From NCBI GenBank assembly GCA_012295275.1, contig CM022673.1, positions 6,386,001 through 6,450,000 of the forward strand: a DNA stretch of 64,000 bases, read 5' to 3'. A model generated the notes under the pieces. That model searched no databases and was not told the origin of the DNA. It saw nothing but the letters and a program-made list of their open reading frames with translations. Position numbers and translations under genes: made by a program. Shown piece after piece: positions 35,061 through 51,992 of the stretch. Origin of the DNA: Chrysomallon squamiferum (Eukaryota > Animalia > Mollusca). The stretch's first letter is position 1. Each line of letters opens with the position of its first letter.

Positions 35061-37922
35061 TGCATCCCTTTGTTTACCTTCCAGGTAAATACTTAGCAAT
35101 CTCAGCCCAGCGATTTCCCAGAGTTCGGTGAAGCTGATAAATCAGTTTATCTTCTTCAGCTGTCCAAGCTGTCTTCTTTATGTCTGGATTAAGATGATTA
35201 TGCCACCTAAAGCAAAAAAAATTATTTAATTAAAATAAAAAATAAATAAATAAAAAATAAAAATCATCTCAGTGCCCAATACAAGCTTCCTGCCTCTAAC
35301 TTCTTTTCTTGTTATTAATCTATATCAGTTTTTTGTTAATGAACAAATTCAACACATCGTATTATTACTAACTATAAACTGGCATAATTTGTTCGATAAA
35401 ATTTTTAATTTCCAGTATCTATGGTGATATTCAGGATAATTTTTGCTTTAACTATTCACATTAGAAGTGGAACCCAGGATAGTCACAAATAAACAAGAGT
35501 CAGACAGTTTTAATTTCTTTTTCATAACATTCAATATTAATTAAAAACAGAATAACCAGATTTCCAAATAACTCTTCAGGATTGTATTCAGGGTTTTTTT
35601 TTTTTTTTTTTTTTTTTTCAATCTTACAATTTAAAATGATTAGAAAACTATGAAGACATATCCACCTCTCTCTACACTGTTTTCCAGAACGACCTTTCAG
35701 CTGCCTGGAAATCAGAGTCCATCTCTTGGCGCCAAATTTCTGAACAAGCTCAGTTACTTTATCGTCTTCCTACATTTAAAAGGAAACAGAAATAAAATAA
35801 ATCATAATAACAGATGCTTAAAAAAACAATAATAATAATATTTATTATTACAGATAATAAAATAAAATAAATGTTCAACACCATGAGTAAATGATAAATA
35901 ATTGTACCATAAATTATATTAATCTGCACGTTGAGACTGACAGAAAACACAATCTAAGTGCAACCATTCTGGTGTATATTTAGGAGAAGGAGCCTAGAAC
36001 ATACCTCCTTTGTCCAAGGTCCTTTAATAAGCTCAGGGTTAAGGACTTTATTCCAGCGATACTGACACTGAACTTCAGAACGATCTGAAAACAAATGAGC
36101 TATTGACGACCAGTCATTCAGTCCTTTAGTATCAACAAGTTTCTTCAGTTTCTCATCCTGAAATAACACTACAAAATTTTAATACAATATCTTGTTAAAT
36201 GTAAACAATCCTGTTATAAAACCAAAATTTTATCACTAAATATGATTTGTGTTTTAGTGTGCATGGATCTGTATGTGATGTGTGTCCATCTCTATGTCTT
36301 TATTTATGAATACAGCAAGGGAGAGAAATGATTATGTCTCTATTTATGAAAAAAGCAAGTCAGAGTACAGGAAGCAATGCCCGTGCATTTAATTTCAGAC
36401 ATATTCACTTTATTTTCACATGAATGACACTAAGATACGATGAACATCCAACCTCTTCTCTTGACCAACGACTTCCTCCAAGATTTTTCTTGCTTCTCAC
36501 TTGCGACTGGTCATATTCACTGTCTACAAGGTCGGCATCATCTGTGTCTTCGTCACTGCTTAGCGATGACTGTCTGCTGTTGGGTCTGACAAATATGAAC
36601 AAAAAGGTATTTTAAAAACGTTAAATAATTTTTATTATTATTATTATTATTATTATCATCATTTTCAATTTTTTTTTAATTTTTTTTTTTTTTTTAATTT
36701 AATAAAATATATTTAGGGTGGTAGAATTAAATGTCCAAAATACATTTTGCTTATTTTCCAAATATTATTACTGGCAACCAAAAGTGCTAAATTCTATAAA
36801 TTTAACAAGTCTCAGAAGTATTATTAATGTCTGTATTCCAACATTTGTCAGTAATGTAATAGAGATGCAGATCCATACACAAAAAAAAAAAATCTTCATA
36901 ACTGAATGTATAATTATATAAGAATTTGATTAGGTTTCATTTTCAATTAACAAAATCATTTGGCATGCTGTTTATATTATCTCTAAGTGGTATATCCTAG
37001 GGCTAATAAGTGTTGTATGCATTATAATGGCAATTAATTTATCAGAGTGATATACTAAAGTAATAAAGTCATTTGAAATTATATTGTAAGAACCAGTCAT
37101 GTCCAGTGACCTTACACAGAAACAAATGCACCTAAGAAATAGATAACATTAAAATGGATGCACTGAAATTATTACAACATTAAAACAATGTATCAATTAA
37201 TGTGAGATCAAATGCATTTAACTAGGTAAGTTCAGTTTTTAAAATGGTCATTTTCAGTTAATACAAACCGATGCCATGCAAAAGCATCATGTCTCATTGT
37301 CGTTGATTGTAATATTCTGTCAAAGGTAGATTGCTAATAAAAACAGACAGTAATAATTATAAATCTGGAAATAATATTTCAACATATATTTAACGCAGCA
37401 CTGCACGTGCAAAGACGTCATAACGTAATGATGACGTATCAAATAGCAAATATTACGCACAAAAACCAGGATAATTCCATACATACCTTCAAGAAATAAA
37501 GACACTTCACTGCCTTAATGATGCCGCATTTAATACTATCATTAAGAAATACTACTCTCAATGGCCGGCACATATACGTCCCTTTATTTCTTCAAGTAAT
37601 TAGGGTGCATTCAAGCGGGAAAAACGATAACAAAGATCAAAGGAAAGAGGACAGCTGCTCAGGCCAAGGTCATGTTGACCAATTTGCATTTCCACTTCTC
37701 CTAATTTTGAAACAAATAATGCAAAATCTTTTTAAATAAAAACATCCAAAATAAGATGCATTCGTAATCTAATAATATATAACGATGCTATCAGCGACAT
37801 GTTCATACGTAAACAAAGCGAAGTGCTCCAACTTAACTTGTTACCGTACAACACCAACTTTTCAAATGCTTAACAAACCTTTCCAAATCGAGATCGTTGA
37901 TGTATAAAAACTCGTCAGACAT
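29208..37922 (-). CDS. Myb: Three-repeat (R1R2R3) Myb transcription factor, B-Myb/invertebrate type; 18 coding exons, 679 aa (690 aa from the in-frame ATG at 37955)
   Basis: All 17 introns are GT-AG and phase-compatible (CDS 2040 nt). Contains Myb repeats ([53 protein letters not shown]), C-terminal motifs TPIKNLPFSPSQFLN and TPRTPTPFKNAL, and a terminal VACGQTEDQ...RTLVL MuvB-binding motif. Confidence 0.96.
29616..29675 (-). CDS. Myb: Myb exon 17
   Basis: tgcag|GCC..AGG|gtttgt; AKPKRTSMKRIRFETPPKSR. Confidence 0.8.
30103..30213 (-). CDS. Myb: Myb exon 16
   Basis: ttcag|AGC..ACC|gtgaat; SKSLIGDSSLLFSPPSIIKDTL... Confidence 0.85.
30669..30782 (-). CDS. Myb: Myb exon 15
   Basis: ttgaag|GAC..CCA|gtaaga; DVHHLGSKCVRQSL...SPETP. 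Confidence 0.85.
30923..31051 (-). CDS. Myb: Myb exon 14
   Basis: taaag|AGT..GAG|gtgagc; SPGQLTDLREVLQAEYDTGYEAD... Confidence 0.8.
31495..31612 (-). CDS. Myb: Myb exon 13
   Basis: ttcag|C..TTT|gtgagt; TPRTPTPFKNALAEIEKK. Confidence 0.92.
31871..31998 (-). CDS. Myb: Myb exon 12
   Basis: cacag|TTT..AA|gtaggg; FLNSPEIPFGNGRITSTPV... Confidence 0.87.
32338..32520 (-). CDS. Myb: Myb exon 11
   Basis: tttag|AAA..CAG|gtaagt; ...TPIKNLPFSPSQ. Confidence 0.9.
32892..33022 (-). CDS. Myb: Myb exon 10
   Basis: ttcag|GG..CAG|gtaatg; IRFDGHDL...PTILRKSKRKKQ. Confidence 0.87.
33433..33566 (-). CDS. Myb: Myb exon 9
   Basis: tgcag|G..G|gtaaaa; SNSSEAV...GVTPIKFTRLKK. Confidence 0.85.
34001..34055 (-). 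CDS. Myb: Myb exon 8 (55 nt)
   Basis: ttcag|AA..AA|gtaagt; required for frame. Confidence 0.8.
34330..34360 (-). CDS. Myb: Myb exon 7 (31-nt microexon)
   Basis: ttttcag|TATCTAAGG..TCTG|gtaagt; required for frame. Confidence 0.78.
34597..34765 (-). CDS. Myb: Myb exon 6 (end of R3)
   Basis: ctccag|G..ATG|gtgagt; [16 protein letters not shown]. Confidence 0.95.
35078..35206 (-). CDS. Myb: Myb exon 5 (R2/R3)
   Basis: tttag|G..AG|gtaaac; WHNHLNPDIKKTAWTAEED...[13 protein letters not shown]. Confidence 0.96.
35666..35769 (-). CDS. Myb: Myb exon 4 (R2)
   Basis: tgtag|GAA..AG|gtggat; EDDKVTELVQKFGAKRWTLISRQLKGRSGKQCRE. Confidence 0.95.
36005..36157 (-). CDS. Myb: Myb exon 3 (R1/R2)
   Basis: ttcag|GAT..GAG|gtatgt; ...QCQYRWNKVLNPELIKGPWTKE. 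Confidence 0.96.
36453..36585 (-). CDS. Myb: Myb exon 2 (acidic N-terminus, start of R1)
   Basis: gtcag|A..GAG|gttgga; SSDEDTDDAD...SRWSREE. Confidence 0.9.
37879..37922 (-). CDS. Myb: Myb exon 1 coding part (MSDEFLYINDLDLE); alternative in-frame ATG at 37955
   Basis: ATG...GAAAG|gtttgt; phase 2, matching exon 2; lies just downstream of the promoter motifs. Confidence 0.72.
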
Positions 37923-38040
37923 TCCGTACTTCGACCACAAGTTTGAATTGGTCATCCATTACTTCCTTCTATAGTACAACACACACAAAAATTATGTTTA
38001 TTAAATGTATTTACCACGAAATAGCTAGAAAAACCACAAG

Positions 38041-38120
38041 AAAATGGCGGACTGTTGTCAAATTTGCGCGCTTCGTACGACGATATCTTGGAAAGTCTTT
38101 ATATCGTGCAGCCATTGGTT
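38041..38120 (-). promoter_or_regulatory. Myb promoter: CCAAT box (38118-38114), E2F/CDE-like GCGCG + 4 nt + CHR-like TTTGAC (38071-38057), YY1-like CCGCCATTTT (38050-38041)
   Basis: Motifs read directly; the arrangement matches cell-cycle gene promoters. Confidence 0.65.
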
Positions 38121-40640
38121 GCTGACCGGTGTTTGCGTCAAGGCTATTTTTATCCTGAGTTATATTTGGAAACAAAGAAAACACGGAAACACCCATTTCA
38201 CCACGTGCTTCTGGAATAAAAATGAATTCGAAAATGCTTTATGGTTATTTAACATGTTTATAGTCATAAACTGACTTTGATATTATTGTTGTTGTTATTG
38301 TATATATCTATCTATCTATCTATCTATCTATCTGTATATATATATTAGAACTATATAAACAATGAAGTGATATTGAAAGAAATTAACAAAAGATTTCTTT
38401 AAAATAAATAGTAGTAGTAGTAGTGGTAGCAGTAATAGTAGTAGTAGCAGTAGTAGTAATAGTTGTTGTTGTTATTGCTGTAGAAGTAGTAATAATAATA
38501 ATATTGATATTAAGAAATTACATACTGTTCTTCTCTTTTTACAAATATTATTTCACCGCCTTTCTAAATCTTAACAAATTCGGCATATATTAACTATTCA
38601 TTAATCCAGGCTTCATATAATTGTTGTGTCCCCATTAGCTGTTTAATAACAGTCCAACAAAAAAAGGCTGATCACGAGTTCTGCTCGATTCATCTCAGTA
38701 CATCTCACATAGTGTTAAATGATAATTTTCTCTTTTACCATTATCTTGAATAGTATTACAGTCATTAAACAGCTGATTTCCCCTTTAACTGAAATTCCAG
38801 TAATGGACCCCTGCACCATCCCCACCGATTTATAATCTTAAATTCCACGCAGAAGTACTTTTTCAAAATCCAGAATATTAATTAACTAACCTTCACTGTT
38901 TATTTAATTAGCTTAAGCTTGTACCTGAACAAAGAAAAGAAAGAGAATGCTCTCACCTTTTTCTGGCACTAATTTTACGAGTTGCTAATCTACTAATGCT
39001 ATAGCTATCTTTTTAAACGAAAAAGGATTATATTTTCTTGTTGTAATGTGAATACTCAGACTTATTGTATTCACAAACAGATTTATGATAGAGATATGAC
39101 AATAATTAACCATTATCGCAGCATAGTAATGTAATGATTTCTTGAAAATAAAAGAGAAAGTATCTTAATTTCATCTGAGTGCAGATTCGAACAACTGGTG
39201 TGTTTGATTATTATAAATGATATAGATGACATAAGTGCTCTTTTGAGAAAGTTCATATAAAAAAAATTAAAAAAAAAAAAAATTATGGAAGCTATTATTA
39301 ATTTTATTATTATTGTTATTAAATAATAATAATAATAATAGTGACGATGATGATGACAAATGTTTAATACAAAATTGCAGACAGATAGATAGATGGATGG
39401 AGGGATGGATGGATGGATGGATGGATAGTAAGATAGAGACAAATGAATAATTTTTTTTCAAAATGTTTGAGTTTTATTGTACATTAAATTGTACGTATCG
39501 TAGGTGTGTGTGTTTAGGTATGCGTGTATGTTTGTGTATATGTATGTGTGTGTATGTGTATTTGCGTGTGTGAGTATCTATGTGTATTTGTCTATGTATG
39601 TATGTATGTATGTGTGTGTATGTCTGTATGTATGGGGTATGGGTGTGTCAGTTGATATATGTGTTTTTGTGTGTGTATATGTGTGGGTACATATATGTGT
39701 GTTCATGTGTATGTATGCGTACGTATATGTGTCTATTAATATGTGTGTATGTGTCCAGTTGTGTGTATGTATGTGAGTGTGTTAACCGTACATGTGTAAC
39801 ATCTATTAACAAGAAAAACAAACAATTAATTGGTGATTCCTCAATTTATTTCTCAGTAATGACAATGATTGTGTAAACAAAAAAGAAAAAAAAATTAATC
39901 AAGAAAACGCCTTTACGACTAAATATTTCAAAACCCATTTTGTACAAAACGTTTACCTAAATCTAAATAAAACTGAACATTAAAATTATATACACAGTTA
40001 TTTAGCAGATCAACAAAAAGAAATTTAATATTTGAAGCAAGATATTTGCGTGTGTAACTGCGCGCTCGCATATAAACATGAATCGAAGTGTGAATGTATT
40101 TTTGTTTATTTCAATGTGTTATTATATACATATGTGTGTATATCCTATATATAATTCACTTACAAGCTTTTTGTTTGTTTCATTTACAAAATTAAATATA
40201 TGTTTCATGCTGTGTTTTGTAAATCTACAAATAATATGCAAGATATATAAGCAATTACATGATTCGAATTATGTCTCTAGTGACAAATCTACAATATAAT
40301 AATACTGATGATGTGTAAAAACTATATGAAATTATGTTTTTGGTTTACAAAAATATATTGAATAAAGTGTATCTAAAATCATACATGATTTGTTTAAATT
40401 GCGTTGTGCAAGTGCGTATGTAGGTCTGTGTACTCGTGGCGGATGTGTTTTTATATATATATATGTATATCTGTCATAAAAATATAATCCCTGGAAATAA
40501 GTAGTACAGTTTGACAGGTGATTGCGACGTCACGAGTTACTATGACGCATTTCATGTTTATGACATCAGTGAACACTATGTATTACGTGTATAATTATAA
40601 TATTATGAAACCCAAAACCTAAAGGTAAAACGACATTACA

Positions 40641-40677
<37 letters not shown>

Positions 40678-42035
40678 GGAAGACGAAGAAGAAGAAGAAG
40701 AAGAAGAAGAAGAAGGAAAAGAAGAAATAAATAAATAAACAAATAAAATTGTTATTTATTTGTATTTGAAATGTTGTATATACGATACGTTAAAAAGATT
40801 TCTACCATTACAAATTGTCATGTTTCAATTTTTATCTAACAAAATATGTTTGAAATTTAATAGAGAAAAAAATCTTGAAATAATAAAAATATGATGAATA
40901 ATGATTAAAATGTTTAAAACTATTTATGCCGTTATATTAAAGGTTCATAAAACAAAAAGGCACAGAAAATAATAATAATAATAAAAACAAGTACACACAG
41001 GCAAATATATCCGAATATATCCAAGTGAAAATATATCTACTATAACAATAGTTTTTTTTCCATAAACGTGCATTAAATAGTTTTTATATCCACCAATGTA
41101 GATATGAAATATGTATATATACCATACGTTATAAACATTTTTTCTTTTTGCTTCCACATATAATAATATATCTAACAATAGATAATTATTATTCAAACAC
41201 AGAGACAGAAAAATAATAAAAAGGAAATAGTTTTACAGAATTACAATTATGATCCATAAAACATAACACGATTTCAAATTATTGTTTGATGAATTCTGTG
41301 GCGAGGATTCCTCTCCGTTTTTACCACTTTTAAGTTTTAGGTTCAGATTAGGTTCGTGTTTGAATGTTTATTATAATGAGATATTCTTGATGAAACATTT
41401 TTTGTTGCATTCAATATTGTCCATAATGAAACTGATATATTTTAGATGAGGTATTAACAAAACATTCAGCGTTGACTATTTCATCATTCTACGACTCCGA
41501 ACTTTATCATTTTTTGAAAATTCTACTTTTACCCAACCAACTCGTATTCCTTTCCATTTGTTGTTCCTCTATAATAAACTCATTTCATTTCGAAGGTTAT
41601 ATTCCATGGTCAAAATTCTTCTGGTAACTTTTTTTTTTTTTTCCTCCAATCGTCGTAGAACATGGGTTGGGTAACTGATTTTTTTGAGCCAAGATCTCAG
41701 ATTTTCAGTTTGCTGTGAAAGCTAATATGTTTTGTTGTGTAGCCAAGGTGATGTCGCACGGGTTTGACCAGTGCTTAGTGCAGTAGACCCTGCATTGTCA
41801 GTATGAGATTGCATTTTGAATATCAGTTGAAACATTTTTGACGAACACTAAACACCTAGATTAAACAGAATATCAGTCATTTTTATTTACACATTTTCTT
41901 TTGTTCTTTTTGTATTCCGCGGTCGCTGACTAATTTTCTTTAATATGTTGGTCGTTCTTTTTCTGTAAAATGAACATAATCCATTCTTTTGTTTTTAATT
42001 TTTAAAATTATTTGTTTATTTATTTATTTATATAT

Positions 42036-42163
<128 letters not shown>

Positions 42164-42379
42164 TTAGTAGAGCTTAAGCTGACTTTAAAATTTCCCAAAG
42201 GCATGTAAATTGTTCTTTCTTTCTTCTTTATTTGTAAATATCAGTTTCTTTTCACAGTGAAATTCCTCGCACATATAAATGCCTGTTTAACAAATCTTCT
42301 TGGTTTTTATAGTCCAAATGATATTCACTTTACAAACTGAAGTATGAAAAAATAATCATAATTCATTTTCAGTATTTAA

Positions 42380-45834
<3,455 letters not shown>

Positions 45835-45957
45835 TTTGGTTCTCAAAACTGGCTCTTTACGTCAGACTCAGTGTCTGAAAATAAATTATCATCAGCATTA
45901 TTTGTGTTGCTGTTCTACAAATGTTTTCTTTTGCTTTTAAAGTGTTAATCTTCGGTA

Positions 45958-46021
<64 letters not shown>

Positions 46022-46548
46022 ACACATAAAAGATTTAAAAAAAAAAAAAAACCAGTGGTTAAAACTGAAAGAGGAATGAGAGGTTAAAAACAACAAGCAG
46101 CGAAATAATTATTATTTTCCCAAGATAAACTGGTGCTCCAGCCTTTCTTGTCTTTCTAAGTGAAAGTGCAACGTTCAAGTTGTTTCTCTGAATTTTAAGC
46201 CTTGCAATATTCTGTCTCACCGTAGCCAAAAAAAAAAAAAAAAAAAAAAAAATACTGACAAACCGTTGACCATCTAGATACACTACAAAATGCAATACAT
46301 CTTCATAATCTTAATTCGGCCATCTACAGCGATCATCCATCAGCAGTTTTGGGATCTCTACATGCTACTTGAAAAGTGCTTGGATCCACAACGAAAATAA
46401 TGGGGAAGCCAAAACATAAGTACCGAGCCAGCAATAAATAAGGTTCTGAACAAAAATGGGTTTTCAGGAATTAGTGAGTTACTGTTGTTTTATATTATAA
46501 ATTAATATTTCTTTAATGATGCCTATTCACGTAAGAATGTGTGTGTGC

Positions 46549-46607
<59 letters not shown>

Positions 46608-47753
46608 GGTGTGTCTGTGTGCAGATTACAGTCAAAACAATGCACCAAGAAGGACTGATCCCGGAATGAAGCATGCCCCAGACAGTACTTTCTAACAATG
46701 AATACAACTCTTTCCACAGAAAAAAGAACAAAGATGATAGACAACACAAAAGTATTTTTTCTCTTTTCTGGTTCATTACTGTTCTAACCTATACGTTTTC
46801 ACCTTGCTTCATTATCGTTTCGCAAAATAAGCAACAACAACAAAAAATGAAGAAAATAAGGAGAGAAAAATTATGTTAATTGAGGATGCTTATCTGCCGT
46901 AAATCTTTTTAGTTTTTTTTTTTTTTTTTTGTTTGCTTGTTTTTTTGTGTGTTTTTTTGTTTATTGGTGGGTTTTTTTTTTTTTTGTGGTTGTTAGAAAA
47001 CAGTGCCAAACTCACAGGAATAGAAATATAATAATATTAATGTGTTTGCTAATGTGATTTATGGAACAACAAAACTCGTATTTCTTATAGCATACAAGAA
47101 TTAGTGTAATAGTAATTTAATTATACGATAGGAGCCGAAATAGTTATTTTATTACTCTTTTATTTTTATTTTTATTTTTTATTTTTTTAAATTCTTCTGA
47201 ATTTATTTTTATACCGCATGTAAAGAAAAACATTTTAAATGGAACATTTTATCGTTCTTTTTATCAGCATTAATAAAGTGAAAATAAACTTTAAAGTTTG
47301 GTCGTTTTATAGACTTCTTTCTACTATAATTATACACAGTTTGAACGCACAAATACATTAAACTTTCTCTGGTTATAAAGAAACGTAAAATAAATATTTC
47401 CTAATAAACTGCAAGGAGAATAACACGACAAACACAGTTACTGACAGACGATCGGACAGGATGTTGATCGACAAAAAGATGGATGTTATAGTTATAGCTC
47501 AGAACATATGTTTCACCTTTATTTCTGAGAGAACTACAGAACAAGGTAAATACTTTAAATCATTTAACCGTTATTTTAACACGGAGAAACTCTGTCGTTG
47601 TCATCACTCGTGCTGACGTAATCACACACTTCAACGCTTGGTGTTATCCACGTTTGTAGCGAGAAATTACTAAAATGTCCCTATTTTTAACCAAATTCAC
47701 CCGAAAGATTTAACCGACATAATTACTTTTTATTATTATTATTATTATTATTA

Positions 47754-47790
<37 letters not shown>

Positions 47791-48509
47791 TATATATATA
47801 TATAATATTTTTATTATTATTATTAATTTATTATTATTCTATTTTAGATTTTACCGTCATTACTAAAGCACTGTGATTAATTTTCTACCGTTATTTGTTG
47901 TTAGTTGTAATTCATTTCGTATTTCTAAAATGAATAACCTGATAAACAAACTTCTACATTATCTATTAATCTTACAGGGATGTTTTTGTTTTTTTGTTTT
48001 GTTTAACATGAACTGTTTTATGGACAAGAAGAACCATTCAGTAGATCTGAACAACAATTCTTGAACCGCTGATTTTTTTAGAGAGAAGAAATAGATCATG
48101 GGTTGTATTGCTCTTCAAAGATTCCTTGCTTCTCAAGCCTGTTTGTTAAATGACGACCTTTTTCACTCTCCTGCCTTGCCACTGTGATATTGTTATTGCC
48201 AGAGCAAAGCAGAACGGAATAACGCACAGAGAGATAATAAAAGAGATTTCTAGCTGTTGTTCAAAAACGTGTGGTAATGTCAGGTGTCAAAAACACAGGT
48301 TTCGCAACAGCAGGTAGTCAGGGAAAACTCGGGCTACAGTGGCGCCTTAGTTAGGAGGAGGGTTTGGTAATAAGAAAGGATGATGATGTAATATTAAGAT
48401 TTATATATCTATATATATAGATATATACTTTTATTTAAAATAAAAATTCGTCCAATAGATATAGAAGATATAGAAGTTGTCTATTCGTATTTTAAATTTT
48501 AGTTATTTA

Positions 48510-48559
<50 letters not shown>

Positions 48560-49214
48560 TTTCGCACTATTATGTTACATGGATTTTTTGTTGTTGTTCA
48601 GAAGTGTGTCCGCATGAATGTGCATGTGTGTGTGTTAAATTGATTTATTTTGTTCGATAAGGGTTTACAATATATTATTTTGTTATTTATTAAGTTGGGA
48701 TACTTTTTTTTTTCTTTTTTTTTTTCGTTGCTTCTCTGGCTGGTTCCGCGTAACTGCCATAAATGTTATTGTCTTTCTTCAAAATTCAATTTACTTTCAA
48801 TCTCCCATCCACCTCGTTATTTTCTTTATTTTATTATTACTTCTAATTTGCCGCGCTTAACGATATAATGCAGGTACATGCTTTTCATTTACAAGGTGAA
48901 ACACTTCAAAAGACTTCACAGTAAACATAGCAACTGTTTGTTCTCACAACTATATTTCCATCGCCAAAAATAATTTCCATGTTTACATCTTCGCCTGGAA
49001 CTGCTGTCGAAACAAAATATGCGTAAAATAAACAAAGCTACCACCCGGCAGACGAGACTTACGTTTGACGTAAGAACAAATTCTTTGAGGTCAAAGTTTG
49101 ACACTTCGCCGATTTGACCTTTCTGGTTTTTCAACAAGGGTATTACCAGCATTTTACATATGTAGAAATTCTAGAAGAGGTGAATCGTTTGTTAAAAACA
49201 CTCTGATGTTGAAC

Positions 49215-49263
<49 letters not shown>

Positions 49264-49346
49264 GAAATAAAAATAGACTGAAATTTGGTTATTCAAAAAG
49301 GCAGGGATAGATATACAGATAGTGTTCGGTAGACAGACAGACAGAC

Positions 49347-49381
<35 letters not shown>

Positions 49382-49914
49382 CAGATACATAAAAAGATCG
49401 ATCGATCGATAGTAGGTAGATAGATAGATAGATAGCCAGATAAAGAATGAATGAAAGAAAGAATTTAAATCTAAAGAAAAATAGTCATTTTATTTTTAAT
49501 TTTTGTTATTATTATTTAATATTATTTTATTTATTTTTTATTATTATTATTATTATTATCATCATCATCATCATCATCATTATAGCTGGTTATGTACGTT
49601 TTTCAGTTCTTAATTTTGTTTGTTTTTCCCTTTTTCTTTCTTTAAAAAAACATAAATTCCTTGAACAAAAACATTTGTTTCACTTATCTTTACGACTGGA
49701 TATATCTACATCATCGTTCCTAACGGCAGCCACCTTTCGGAGCAACAACGCTCACTTAAAACAATATTCCCTTTAACAGTCCGTGTTACCATATCCGTCA
49801 ACAGTCCGTGTCTACAATAACATGTCAGTAATAGCCGTTATCTCCTGGAATGTGGTAAGTAATGGTATCTTCTGTAACAACTGAAACTTCAGTGGAGTTT
49901 TATCTTTAAATAAA

Positions 49915-50420
49915 TACCAGCATTCGCGGCGTAGTGGTTAATACACACAGGCTTTAAACTAACACATACTGGGATCGACTCGCTCCAGTTCATTGGTAGT
50001 TGTTGTGGATGTTTAATTTTAATTAAAATTTCAATCATGAGTGCTGAACTACTGGAGAAGCATCGCCTTCGAGTAGGTAAGTATCAGGATCGATTCTCGC
50101 TCCACTACACTTATTATTTCAGAGATGTTTAAGACATCTGTAATATCAGTAGACCTGTATCGGTAATAGGTAGGTTGTATGTAATGATATCTTCTGAAAT
50201 GTCTTCTTTTATTCTTATAATACCAGAGTCCGTGGAGTTATGACTGAACGTCGGTTTTAAACAGGTACGTACATCCAGTAATGAATCTCGCTCCAACTGT
50301 GAGGGTGTAAGTCTAACACAGTATCAAATGACTTTTATCTCTAAGTTAAAGCCTTAGAGGCATCATGCTTAAGCATCACATTTAAATTGTTACGAACTGG
50401 TATCAAATATCGCGCTCGAC
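49915..50420 (+). mobile_element. About four tandem, decayed tRNA-derived SINE-head-like units
   Basis: First unit has A-box-like GGCGTAGTGGT and B-box-like GGATCGACTC; TCGCTCCA recurs at about 49980, 50097 and 50288. Confidence 0.5.
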
Positions 50421-50870
50421 TATAGTACACTATATTCTATGAGTCACTGAAACGTACAAGTCCCACGTCGTCAAAGAATGAACTATTAAAAATGATTAAT
50501 TTAAAAAAAAATTAGTGTTAGTGGATCACTGAGTCTAGTATACACAAACAATCTTATAAAAAGGATTTAAAAAAAAAAAAAAAAAAACAGAAGATTTATT
50601 AATAAAGACTATGAGCGTTAGAAAAGGAAAGAAAATCCTACATAAAGACAAGACAGAGCATAGACTGTTATAAACATTTAGATCTCAGTAGTATCTGGTA
50701 GAGCTATTCAGTAACACGTAGTGTATTATGTCTTACACCCATCTAGCTGACTCGTACAGTAAAACTCCTGTTAAATCTAGGGTGGTACTGTAAACGAGTT
50801 TTTATTATAAGACAATAAAATAAAAGTCTCGTCACGATTATTCACGGAGTTGGTATTTTCCCTTACACGG

Positions 50871-50995
50871 TGACGTCATATCGTACAGACAAATGAGGAA
50901 ATAAAAAACATCACTGATTAAATATAATCGCTAAATTTGTCTCTGACACAGTTTATCAGTTACAGTTTGACATGTTTATCTTCGAAATGACGTCA
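50871..50995. promoter_or_regulatory. Pair of full CRE palindromes (TGACGTCA at 50871 and 50988)
   Basis: Read directly; lies upstream of the tetraspanin coding exons. Confidence 0.35.
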
Positions 50996-51992
50996 GGATG
51001 CAGCATACAATGCGTCAGATTGCACGAAAACCTCACGAATGCGATATTTTTCTGTCGTTTTAGGCTGGATTACATCTCCAAATAAAACAGACTCTTCTAA
51101 CAAGAGAGAGGAAAATTATATTTAGGAAATCTGACCAAATATACACTCAAATGCCAATGGTTTAACACGGCACCATCGAGATTGGTTTCTACTGTATTTT
51201 TAACAGGAAGCAGTTGTGTGATCAGGCGCCAAATTCATACGCTCCGGAAAGCAGACTGATTGCTCAGTTATATTTTTTCCATAATACTTATAGGCGTGAA
51301 AAAGAACTACTTTGATCTATAAATTAAAAGCATATATTTTAGACTACATGGATTTTTACTTAATAATAAACTAATATCTGTCGTATGTTAAGTTATTACA
51401 CGATTGACTTCTTTCGTTTCGTTTCTATCTCTCTCTCTCTCTCTCTCTCTCTTTTTTCTCTCTCTCTCTCTCTGTTTTTTTAATCTCCCTCTCTCCGATT
51501 TATGTTTCACGTTAGCAGTAATGGGTTAAATATTTAATAAACCCAGTATGAACCAGCTGAACCCTCTGTGTTTATTTGAAGACGAACAGAAACAACAGAA
51601 AGATAAACAAACTGGTAATACGTTACAACGCAGATCTTTCAAACGCTGCGTACTATCAGACAAGTATCAGTTCATCGACGTCACGTTTAGTCTGATAATT
51701 GTTACACAGAATAATTGATCCATTTTCTTTTACCATAATCGCTGACAATGTTTATTTTCATATGACAAATTGGTGTAACATCTTTTACGGTTTACGGTTT
51801 CTGTTTACATTCCGAATCGAGCAGCAAAATCGGTCATGTCCGAAGATAGACCGGACCGCATTGCAGCTCCGTTAATTGAAATAGTCTTGTTCAGTGCCAG
51901 AGCAGGTTTGCGTTTTGAGATAGCACTGCTTTTTACTGCTGCTGCTGCTGTTACTCCGACTACTGCTACTGCTGCTGATGATGATGACTACT

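Noticed and set aside
41270-41830. Higher-complexity intergenic block, possibly a transposon relic
   Set aside because: No sustained ORF, terminal repeats or recognisable transposase motif seen.
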